Source of the DNA: Desulfobacterales bacterium
GTDB taxonomy: Bacteria; Desulfobacterota; Desulfobacteria; Desulfobacterales; JAFDDL01
Length of the DNA stretch: 64,000 nucleotides
Direction of reading: 5' to 3'
Assembly: GCA_963678885.2 (NCBI GenBank)
Contig: CAXXFG010000006.1
Coordinates: 6,344 to 70,343, forward strand
Shown here: positions 8,916 through 18,900 of the stretch, in pieces
Position numbering within the stretch: position 1 is the stretch's first letter
Layout of the letters: every line of letters begins with the position of its first letter
Made by a program: the position numbers and the translations under genes
Notes under the pieces: generated by a model
The model's database searches: none
Seen by the model: only the letters and a program-made list of their open reading frames with translations
Told to the model about the DNA's origin: nothing

Positions 8916-9933
8916 AAGTTGGGGTCGGGCCGTCGCAAGTAATAGACATTATGTCGGATTGGTGGTAAATATGCCGATGAAATCGTCTTAATCCATCGAT
9001 TTTCTGCATAAAATTGTCCAGTTAAGGGGAACGGCAACAATGGCTCGTGCGAAAAGGCACTACATTCCCGGCCATGTCTGGCATATCACCCACCGCTGCC
9101 ATAAGAGAGAATTCCTTCTGAAGTTCCCGAGAGATCGCCGCAGATGGATGGAGTGGCTATATCAGGCAAGAAAGAGATACGGCGGTTTAAGTGTGTTGGA
9201 TTATATGGTCACTTCAAACCATGTTCATCTGCTCGTATTTGATAATGGTGGCCGGGATGTTATCCCGGATTCGATACAACTTGTAGCCGGCCGAACGGGA
9301 CAGGAATACAATATTCGAAAGAAAAGAAAGGGCGCGTTCTGGGAGGACCGATATCATGCGACAGCGGTGGATAGCGGACGGTATTTAAGACAATGCATCA
9401 CCTATATCGACTGAACATGGTGCGTTCCGGCGTGGTAAAGCATCCGTCAGAATGGGAGTGTTGTGGATATAATGAAATCCAGAATCCCAGGCAGCGGAAA
9501 GGAATCATTGATTTTGAACGACTGGAAAAATTGCTGGGGTTTGAAACTTACGACGAATTGAAAACGGCACATTACAAATGGGTGGAAAGTGTACTTCAGG
9601 CAGAGAGCCATAGCAGAGAAGCCAAGTGGACACAGAGTATGGCAGTCGGGAGCGATACATTCGTTGAGAAGGTGAAAAATACCCTTGGATTCAGGGCAAG
9701 GGGAAGAAAGGCACACCACGTCGGTGAAACTTTTGAGCTTCGTGAAATGCCCGCTGCATATGAAACCGCCAATAGCCGGACTTTTGAAAACACGTTATTC
9801 TGGGACCATTCCCCAACGAATCTAAAACAGGCAGTTTTTACCTGAAAAGTGGTCGATTAGGCCCACTACGAAGGCCTGTTTTGGTGTAATGCCTCATATT
9901 AACAAAGCATTACGGCGGCCCGACCCCAATATC
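8916..9933 (+). mobile_element. HUH/Y1 element, copy 3
   Basis: The left junction CCCAAG-AAGTTGGGGTCGGGCCG lacks the GGGT seen in other copies. The right end is GACCCCAATATC at 9922-9933. Confidence 0.85.
9040..9845 (+). CDS. Y1 transposase, copy 3, same frame break
   Basis: ORFs 9040..9414 and 9393..9845, with stop TGA at 9412-9414. Confidence 0.85.
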
Positions 9934-10080
9934 CCCCCCAAATACAGGATTACCCAGGACCATATCATTGATGATCAAAGCGTAACCATCACCTATTATG
10001 TCTATTTCAGCCGAGATGAATACGGCCTTTGGAAAATTGATAAATACTAAAAAGCTTTCTGGAAACAGGAGGACGCCTAA

Positions 10081-10543
10081 ATGAAAAATCAGCCGGCGGG
10101 GAAAATCGAAATTTCAAAATGGAAAACAATGTTTCGCAACATGCCAGTCAAGTATAAATTTATTTTGCTTGTTGCTATTTTGCTTATAAGTGTTTCATCT
10201 ATTATGCACAGGTTCGGTCCATATGAAGGGAAAGTGGTAGATTTGAAAACAGGTATGCCTTTGAAGGGGGCTGTTGTTCTAGTTCGTTTTAAAACGGATG
10301 GGCTTGATGCCTCAAGCGCATATGCCGGTGCTGTTGAAGTCATGACTGATGATAATGGGAAGTTTATGCTCCCGGCTATAAGGGTTTTTGTTTTTCACCC
10401 CTTTCACAGATGGAATAAAAATGGCTACATTACTATTTTTAAGCCTGGTTATGGAGCATATCCGTACCATCAGGATGTGGCGCCAATGTTTGTGCCTAAT
10501 GGAACAATACCCCAAAAACAGCATGTAATATTCAAATTGCCGT
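10081..10543 (+). pseudogene. Cassette gene A, 3'-truncated at the junction with Y1 element copy 4
   Basis: Identical to 13345..13807 up to HVIFKLP, then reads into the element's left end (WVSWGRAVASNRHYVGLVVNMPMKSS). Confidence 0.85.
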
Positions 10544-11565
10544 GGGTAAGTTGGGGTCGGGCCGTCGCAAGTAATAGACATTATGTCGGATTGGTGGTAA
10601 ATATGCCGATGAAATCGTCTTAATCCACCGATTTTCTGCATAAAATTGTCCAGTTAAGGGGAACGGCAACAATGGCTCGTGCGAAAAGGCACTACATTCC
10701 CGGCCATGTCTGGCATATCACCCACCGCTGCCATAAGAGAGAATTCCTTCTGAAGTTCCCGAGAGATCGCCGCAGATGGATGGAGTGGCTATATAAGGCA
10801 AGAAAGAGATACGGCGGTTTAAGTGTGTTGGATTATATGGTCATTTCAAACCATGTTCATCTGCTCGTATTTGATAATGGTGGCCGGGATGTTATCCCGG
10901 ATTCGATACAACTTGTAGCCGGCCGAACGGGACAGGAATACAATATTCGAAAGAAAAGAAAGGGCGCGTTCTGGGAGGACCGATATCATGCGACAGCGGT
11001 GGATAGCGGACGGTATTTAAGACAATGCATCACCTATATCGACTGAACATGGTGCGTTCCGGCGTGGTAAAGCATCCGTCAGAATGGGAGTGTTGTGGAT
11101 ATAATGAAATCCAGAATCCCAGGCAGCGGAAAGGAATCATTGATTTTGAACGACTGGAAAAATTGCTGGGGTTTGAAACTTACGACGAATTGAAAACGGC
11201 ACATTACAAATGGGTGGAAAGTGTACTTCAGGCAGAGAGCCATAGCAGAGAAGCCAAGTGGACACAGAGTATGGCAGTCGGGAGCGATACATTCGTTGAG
11301 AAGGTGAAAAATACCCTTGGATTCAGGGCAAGGGGAAGAAAGGCACACCACGTCGGTGAAACTTTTGAGCTTCGTGAAATGCCCGCTGCATATGAAACCG
11401 CCAATAGCCGGACTTTTGAAAACACGTTATTCTGGGACCATTCCCCAACGAATCTAAAACAGGCAGTTTTTACCTGAAAAGTGGTCGATTAGGCCCACTA
11501 CGAAGGCCTGTTTTGGTGTAATGCCTCATATTAACAAAGCATTACGGCGGCCCGACCCCAATATC
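10544..11565 (+). mobile_element. HUH/Y1 element, copy 4
   Basis: Left junction CAAATTGCCG-T-GGGTAAGTTGGGG. Right end ...GACCCCAATATC at 11565. Confidence 0.85.
10672..11477 (+). CDS. Y1 transposase, copy 4, same frame break
   Basis: ORFs 10672..11046 and 11025..11477. Variant residues LYKARK and MVISNH are shared only with copy 5. Confidence 0.85.
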
Positions 11566-11712
11566 CCCCCCAAATACAGGATTACCCAGGACCATATCAT
11601 TGATGATCAAAGCGTAACCATCACCTATTATGTCTATTTCAGCCGAGATGAATACGGCCTTTGGAAAATTGATAAATACTAAAAAGCTTTCTGGAAACAG
11701 GAGGACGCCTAA

Positions 11713-12175
11713 ATGAAAAATCAGCCGGCGGGGAAAATCGAAATTTCAAAATGGAAAACAATGTTTCGCAACATGCCAGTCAAGTATAAATTTATTTTGC
11801 TTGTTGCTATTTTGCTTATAAGTGTTTCATCTATTATGCACAGGTTCGGTCCATATGAAGGGAAAGTGGTAGATTTGAAAACAGGTATGCCTTTGAAGGG
11901 GGCTGTTGTTCTAGTTCGTTTTAAAACGGATGGGCTTGATGCCTCAAGCGCATATGCCGGTGCTGTTGAAGTCATGACTGATGATAATGGGAAGTTTATG
12001 CTCCCGGCTATAAGGGTTTTTGTTTTTCACCCCTTTCACAGATGGAATAAAAATGGCTACATTACTATTTTTAAGCCTGGTTATGGAGCATATCCGTACC
12101 ATCAGGATGTGGCGCCAATGTTTGTGCCTAATGGAACAATACCCCAAAAACAGCATGTAATATTCAAATTGCCGT
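11713..12175 (+). pseudogene. Cassette gene A, 3'-truncated (second tandem unit)
   Basis: The translation is identical to the 10081..10623 ORF. Confidence 0.85.
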
Positions 12176-13197
12176 GGGTAAGTTGGGGTCGGGCCGTCGC
12201 AAGTAATAGACATTATGTCGGATTGGTGGTAAATATGCCGATGAAATCGTCTTAATCCACCGATTTTCTGCATAAAATTGTCCAGTTAAGGGGAACGGCA
12301 ACAATGGCTCGTGCGAAAAGGCACTACATTCCCGGCCATGTCTGGCATATCACCCACCGCTGCCATAAGAGAGAATTCCTTCTGAAGTTCCCGAGAGATC
12401 GCCGCAGATGGATGGAGTGGCTATATAAGGCAAGAAAGAGATACGGCGGTTTAAGTGTGTTGGATTATATGGTCATTTCAAACCATGTTCATCTGCTCGT
12501 ATTTGATAATGGTGGCCGGGATGTTATCCCGGATTCGATACAACTTGTAGCCGGCCGAACGGGACAGGAATACAATATTCGAAAGAAAAGAAAGGGCGCG
12601 TTCTGGGAGGACCGATATCATGCGACAGCGGTGGATAGCGGACGGTATTTAAGACAATGCATCACCTATATCGACTGAACATGGTGCGTTCCGGCGTGGT
12701 AAAGCATCCGTCAGAATGGGAGTGTTGTGGATATAATGAAATCCAGAATCCCAGGCAGCGGAAAGGAATCATTGATTTTGAACGACTGGAAAAATTGCTG
12801 GGGTTTGAAACTTACGACGAATTGAAAACGGCACATTACAAATGGGTGGAAAGTGTACTTCAGGCAGAGAGCCATAGCAGAGAAGCCAAGTGGACACAGA
12901 GTATGGCAGTCGGGAGCGATACATTCGTTGAGAAGGTGAAAAATACCCTTGGATTCAGGGCAAGGGGAAGAAAGGCACACCACGTCGGTGAAACTTTTGA
13001 GCTTCGTGAAATGCCCGCTGCATATGAAACCGCCAATAGCCGGACTTTTGAAAACACGTTATTCTGGGACCATTCCCCAACGAATCTAAAACAGGCAGTT
13101 TTTACCTGAAAAGTGGTCGATTAGGCCCACTACGAAGGCCTGTTTTGGTGTAATGCCTCATATTAACAAAGCATTACGGCGGCCCGACCCCAATATC
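12176..13197 (+). mobile_element. HUH/Y1 element, copy 5
   Basis: Equals copy 4 shifted by 1,632 bp. Confidence 0.85.
12304..13109 (+). CDS. Y1 transposase, copy 5, same frame break
   Basis: ORFs 12304..12678 and 12657..13109, identical to copy 4. Confidence 0.85.
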
Positions 13198-13344
13198 CCC
13201 CCCAAATACAGGATTACCCAGGACCATATCATTGATGATCAAAGCGTAACCATCACCTATTATGTCTATTTCAGCCGAGATGAATACGGCCTTTGGAAAA
13301 TTGATAAATACTAAAAAGCTTTCTGGAAACAGGAGGACGCCTAA

Positions 13345-13941
13345 ATGAAAAATCAGCCGGCGGGGAAAATCGAAATTTCAAAATGGAAAACAATGTTTCG
13401 CAACATGCCAGTCAAGTATAAATTTATTTTGCTTGTTGCTATTTTGCTTATAAGTGTTTCATCTATTATGCACAGGTTCGGTCCATATGAAGGGAAAGTG
13501 GTAGATTTGAAAACAGGTATGCCTTTGAAGGGGGCTGTTGTTCTAGTTCGTTTTAAAACGGATGGGCTTGATGCCTCAAGCGCATATGCCGGTGCTGTTG
13601 AAGTCATGACTGATGATAATGGGAAGTTTATGCTCCCGGCTATAAGGGTTTTTGTTTTTCACCCCTTTCACAGATGGAATAAAAATGGCTACATTACTAT
13701 TTTTAAGCCTGGTTATGGAGCATATCCGTACCATCAGGATGTGGCGCCAATGTTTGTGCCTAATGGAACAATACCCCAAAAACAGCATGTAATATTCAAA
13801 TTGCCGAAATTAACGTCGATAGAATGTAGGAGGGATAACTTGTCTGGGGTTAGGCCGAGTGGGTCTGTTCCTAATGATAAGATTCGAAAACTGTTACAAC
13901 TTATCGCTGAAGAAAGAGCAAGCATTGGCCTAAGTAACTGA
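13345..13941 (+). CDS. Cassette gene A, intact copy of the tandemly amplified paralogue
   Basis: 198 aa with RBS AGGAGG. Same N-terminal 154 aa as the two truncated copies, then KLTSIECRRDNL...AEERASIGLSN, matching the family's C-terminus. Confidence 0.8.
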   Translation: MKNQPAGKIEISKWKTMFRNMPVKYKFILLVAILLISVSSIMHRFGPYEGKVVDLKTGMPLKGAVVLVRFKTDGLDASSAYAGAVEVMTDDNGKFMLPAIRVFVFHPFHRWNKNGYITIFKPGYGAYPYHQDVAPMFVPNGTIPQKQHVIFKLPKLTSIECRRDNLSGVRPSGSVPNDKIRKLLQLIAEERASIGLSN

Positions 13942-13969
13942 AGGATTAACTGAGTCGGAGGGATAGCTG

Positions 13970-14390
13970 ATGCGAAGTGTTCCTAAAATTTTTGTGATGG
14001 TTTTGGTTATTTTTAATGCCTATTTACCTTCTATTGCATTTGGATATAATGACGAAACAACGCATCGAATAATAAATATTAGCGCCGCTAAGCAACCAAG
14101 AATTAATCTGTTTCTGAAAAATCAGATCGGATTTAAGGATGGTAAAGAAGAAAAAATAAATGGGAATACGGTAGAATGGTGGGTAGCAGAAGGCGGTGAA
14201 AAAGAAGATGCTGATTTTTCATCTGATGGTGCAGGAATTCGATATCGGAAACATTTTCATGACCCGTTAACTGAGAATTGGGGGGATGCAGGATTATGGG
14301 GGGTATTCGATTCTGCCTTGTTATGGGCATTGTTTGAAGATAGGGTCGGATATCGGAACGGTTTTTCATGGAATTCAGCACGGTCCCAAG
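13970..14390 (+). pseudogene. Cassette gene B (Zn-phospholipase C-like), 3'-truncated by Y1 element copy 6
   Basis: ORF 13970..14443 has signal peptide VMVLVIFNAYLPSIAFG, GYNDETTHRIIN, EGGEKEDADF and RKHFHDP. It breaks at the same ARSQE position as the 8471 ORF. Confidence 0.7.
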
Positions 14391-15408
14391 AAGTTGGGGT
14401 CGGGCCGTCGCAAGTAATAGACATTATGTCGGATTGGTGGTAAATATGCCGATGAAATCGTCTTAATCCACCGATTTTCTGCATAAAATTGTCCAGTTAA
14501 GGGGAGCGGCAACAATGGCTCGTGCGAAAAGGCACTACATTCCCGGCCATGTCTGGCATATCACCCACCGCTGCCATAAGAGAGAATTCCTTCTGAAGTT
14601 CCCGAGAGATCGCCGCAGATGGAAGGAGTGGCTATATCAGGCAAGAAAGAGATACGGCGGTTTAAGCGTGTTGGATTATATGGTCACTTCAAACCATGTT
14701 CATCTGCTCGTATTTGATAATGGTGGCCGGGATGTTATCCCGGATTCGATACAACTTGTAGCCGGCCGAACGGGACAGGAATACAATATTCGAAAGAAAA
14801 GAAAGGGCGCGTTCTGGGAGGACCGATATCATGCGACAGCGGTGGATAGCGGACGGTATTTAAGACAATGCATCACCTATATCGACTGAACATGGTGCGT
14901 TCCGGCGTGGTAAAGCATCCGTCAGAATGGGAGTGTTGTGGATATAATGAAATCCAGAATCCCAGGCAGCGGAAAGGAATCATTGATTTTGAACGACTGG
15001 AAAAATTGCTGGGGTTTGAAACTTACGACGAATTGAAAACGGCACATTACAAATGGGTGGAAAGTGTACTTCAGGCAGAGAGCCATAGCAGAGAAGCCAA
15101 GTGGACACAGAGTATCGCAGTCGGGAGCGATACATTCGTTGAGAAGGTGAAAAATACCCTTGGATTCAGGGCAAGGGGAAGAAAGGCACACCACGTCGGT
15201 GAAACTTTTGAGCTTCGTGAAATGCCCGCTGCATATGAAACCGCCAATAGCCGGACTTTTGAAAACACGTTATTCTGGGACCATTCCCCAACGAATCTAA
15301 AACAGGCAGTTTTTACCTGAAAAGTGGTCGATTAGGCCCACTACGAAGGCCTGTTTTGGTGTAATGCCTCATATTAACAAAGCATTAAGGCGGCCCGACC
15401 CCAATATC
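14391..15408 (+). mobile_element. HUH/Y1 element, copy 6
   Basis: Left junction identical to copy 3 (CCCAAG-AAGTTGGGG). The right end GACCCCAATATC ends at 15408. The right-end hairpin has one mismatch (GCATTAA). Confidence 0.85.
14515..15320 (+). CDS. Y1 transposase, copy 6, same frame break
   Basis: ORFs 14515..14889 and 14868..15320 (variant RRWKEW), with stop TGA at 14887-14889. Confidence 0.85.
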
Positions 15409-15469
15409 GCCAAGCATTAAGGCGGCCCGACCCCAATATCGCCCTAATATCGCCCACCCCAATATCGCC
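15409..15469 (+). repeat. Reiterated Y1-element right ends
   Basis: After the right end plus GCC come a full second copy of AAGCATTAAGGCGGCCCGACCCCAATATCGCC, then CTAATATCGCC, then CACCCCAATATCGCC. AATATCGCC therefore occurs four times in 15,402-15,469. Confidence 0.85.
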
Positions 15470-15981
15470 ATCTCCCCACGCCTTGTCAGTGGGCGCGCTC
15501 TTTTTTTTGAGATAGCTTGTAATTACCCATTGTTAATGGCAATTCCGAAATAGAATTTTAAATTTAATTTTTAACGCGCGAAATGTGAGTCTTATGGGTC
15601 ATTTTTTCATGGCAAAGAGAGCCTTATAGGGAGGCGAATCCGAACGACGTTTTTACAACTTCATTTTCCCCAAATGATATGGCATGCGCCAGCCGCCACC
15701 ACATCCCCGGTCATGTCAGCCTTGCCACGCGTCGCGGCCGGCGCATTGCCGTTGAATAGGGGGGGGGCGATTTATTGCGCATCATATTTTGGGCCCCCCC
15801 TGTCCCTCGTATAAAGATCTTTTCATGGGGCCCATTGTAGGCTACAAAATGAGGGACCCATGCGCCGCCGGGCAGTCCCAACGCCACAGATCGTTTCTGA
15901 AAGCGCGGCCGAAAAAGAAACCGCAGTTGCTATATTGCATGTCCCCATTGTTTTTGTCACGGCAGGAGGCGCGTCGAAAAA

Positions 15982-18900
15982 ATGGATGACAAGGCCCCGA
16001 TTTACGGAGCGGTCCAGCGGCATCTTCGCGCCCTGACAGGGCGGTTGGCCGATTATCTCGGTCGTGTTCTGCCGCTGCTGTTCGACGATTGGTGGAACGC
16101 GGCGGTTGTTCCCACGCTGCCTGTCCACCAGCGGCGGCTGGAGCAGGAGCGCTCGCTGGACGGCCTTTCCCTCGATATCCTGCTTGGGGTTCTCAACCGG
16201 CACTGGCATCGCGTTTCCGACTGCCCGCACCCCGCTTCCGAAGCCCGCCGCCTTGTCGCGGAAATGCAGACGGTCTGTAACCGTTGGGCGGATGCGGACG
16301 TGTTTTGTGCGGACGACATCCGCGGGGATTTGGGCACGCTCCAGCGGTTCGCCCGGGCCATCGGCGCGGATGCCGGGTTTCTCCGGGAGTTGAAAGACAC
16401 AAGGGCGGCCCTCGATCGGGGGGCGCCTGCGGGTACAAACAGCCACCCGGACGCGTCCCCACCTGCGAAGACGGTTTGCTTCGGCCCGGCATCGCTGCGC
16501 CTGGGGGCCGCGGCGGCTGCGTTGCCGCTGTTGCTGTTCGCCGCCTTATGCGCCGTCTGGCCGGACGTCATCGGGGGGCGCGTTTTTCAATTCCAGTGGT
16601 CCTGGATACCAAGCCTGGATCTGTATCTCCGGTTTCGCATAGACGGGCTGAGCCTGTTGTTCGGCCTGATCATCACCGGCGCCGGTTTTTTCGTGTCTCT
16701 GTATGCCGCCGACTATATGGCCGGGCACCGGCATCTCGGCCGCTTTTTCATTTACCTCCAGGCTTTCATGATGGCCATGCTGGGCATGGTGATGGCCGAC
16801 AATCTGTTGCTGCTGTTTGTGTTCTGGGAAATCACCACCCTCGTTTCCTATCTGTTGATCGGTTTTGACCACGCATCCGGGATTGCCCGGGACAACGCCC
16901 GGCAGGCACTTCTGATGACCGGGGCCGGGGGGCTGGCCTTGCTGATCGGCATCCTGCTGTTAAAAGCCGCCGGCGGCGCGTTCACCCTCAGTCATTGGGC
17001 CGCCGCCGACACCCAGGTCCGGCAGCATGCCCTGTATCCCTTTATTCTTGTTTGCGTCTTGCTCGGCGTCATGACAAAATCGGCACAGTTTCCGTTTCAC
17101 GGCTGGCTGCCCAACGCCATGAGCGCGCCGACGCCCATCAGCGCTTTTCTGCATGCCGCCACCATGGTCAAGGCCGGCATTTATCTTTTGATGCGCTTTC
17201 ATCCCCTCTTGGGGGGCACCCGGTTGTGGATGGGCGCCCTGGTCGTCATCGGTGGTGTCACCGCAGTCTGGGGAGCGGTGCAGGCGCTGGGCCCCTTGGA
17301 CCTGAAGAGGGTGCTGGCCTTTACCACGGTCATGGCCCTGGGAATTCTCACCATGTTTCTCGGCGGTCAAAGCACTGCGGCGATGACGGCCGCCACCACC
17401 TTTTTACTGGTCCATGCCCTGTACAAAGCGTCCCTGTTTCTGGCGGTGGGCAGCATCGATCACCAGACGGGCACCCGGCGGCTGGACCAACTGGGGGGGC
17501 TTTGGCGAACCATGCCGCTGACCGCCGCGGCCGTGGCGGCCGCCACCATGTCCATGGCCGGATTCCCGCTGTTTTTCGGGTTTATCGGCAAGGAAATCAT
17601 GTACAAGGGCGCCTTGAGCGAGGAGATGTTTCCCGGTTTCGCTGTCACGGCCGCCTTGCTGGCCAATGCCCTCATGACGGCGGTGGCCGGCGTTCTTTTC
17701 CTGAAGCCGTTCGTCGGCAAACGGCCGGCGGCCCTGGCGGCTGTTTGTGAAGCACCGTGGACCATGCGGGCGGGGCCGGCCGTCTTGGGCGGCCTGTGTC
17801 TGCTTTTCGGTATCGTGCCCGGGTGGGTGTCGGCCAATCTCATCGCACCGGCCGTACGGGCCTTCCATCCGGCACGGGAAGAGGTGCGCTTGGCCCTGTA
17901 TCACGGGCCCAACGCACCGCTGTTGCTGAGTGCCGTCACCCTGGTCTTGGGCGGGGGAATCTATGCCGGGCGCCGGTTCGCCCGGCGCCTCGTGGCCGCC
18001 GTTTCGGTTTGGATGCCGGTGACCACCCAGTGCATTTACCAGGGCGGTATCGACCTGATGCTGAAAACAGCCGGCCGGGTCACCAACGGCCTGCAAAGCG
18101 GTGCGTTGCACACCTATTTGTTCCTGATCGTTCTGGCTATGGTGCTCGCCGTGGCCCTGCCATGGGTCACCGTCGCCCATGAATCCCTGGGTTTTTACGG
18201 GCCGAAGGGGCCCTGGGCCGCCGTTGGGCTGACGCTTCTAATCGCCCTTGCCACGGTGGTGGTGGTTGTCGCCAAGAAGCGCTTGGCCGCCGTTTGCGGG
18301 TTGGGCACCGTGGGGGCGGGTGTCGCGCTGACCTTTCTCGTGTTCGGTGCGCCCGACATCGCCCTGACCCAACTGCTGGTGGAGACCCTTACCGTGATTA
18401 TCGTGTCCCTGGTCCTGCTGAAGCTGCCGCCCCTTGATGCGGCCGGCCCGCGGACCGGCCTGCGGCGGGCCATGGATGCGGGCCTTTCCCTGGCCGCGGG
18501 GTTGCTGATCGCGTCGCTGCTGATCGGGGTCGGGCGGACCCCCCTTGACCGAAGCTTGACGGCTTTTTTCGAAGCGCATAGCCATGTGGCGGCCCATGGC
18601 CGGAATATTGTGAATGTCATCCTCGTGGATTTCAGGAGCCTGGACACCCTCGGCGAGATCACGGTGGTGGTGCTGGCCGCCTGGGCCGGCGCGGCCTTGG
18701 TCGGAAAGATCGAAGCGCCCGGCGCCGAAAGGGGACAACAGGGCGCGGACACGATGGTGTCGGTGATATTGAAAACAGCCACAAAGCTGATGGTGGCCCT
18801 GATTTTGGTCTTTTCCGTCTATTTGCTGCTGCGCGGTCACCATGACCCCGGCGGCGGGTTCGCCGGCGCCCTGGTGGCCGGCACGGCCTTTGCCCTGTTT

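Larger units (their letters stand above)
9934..13197 (+). repeat. Two tandem units of 1,632 bp (610-bp host segment plus a 1,022-bp Y1 element)
   Basis: ORF starts recur at 10081, 11713 and 13345 (period 1,632). All six-frame ORF translations of the two units are identical, and I saw no nucleotide difference by eye. The 610-bp host segment occurs a third time at 13198-13807 and there continues into an intact gene. Confidence 0.9.

Noticed and set aside
9934-13807. Regularly spaced repeats that could suggest a CRISPR-like array
   Set aside because: The period is 1,632 bp, and each unit is a transposable element plus a gene fragment. There are no short repeat-spacer alternations or cas genes anywhere in the window.
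18521-18536. GGGGTCGGGCGG inside mrpA, resembling the Y1 element's inverted-repeat core
   Set aside because: It has one mismatch, lies inside a coding frame and has no partner repeat. It is most likely a chance match in GC-rich DNA.
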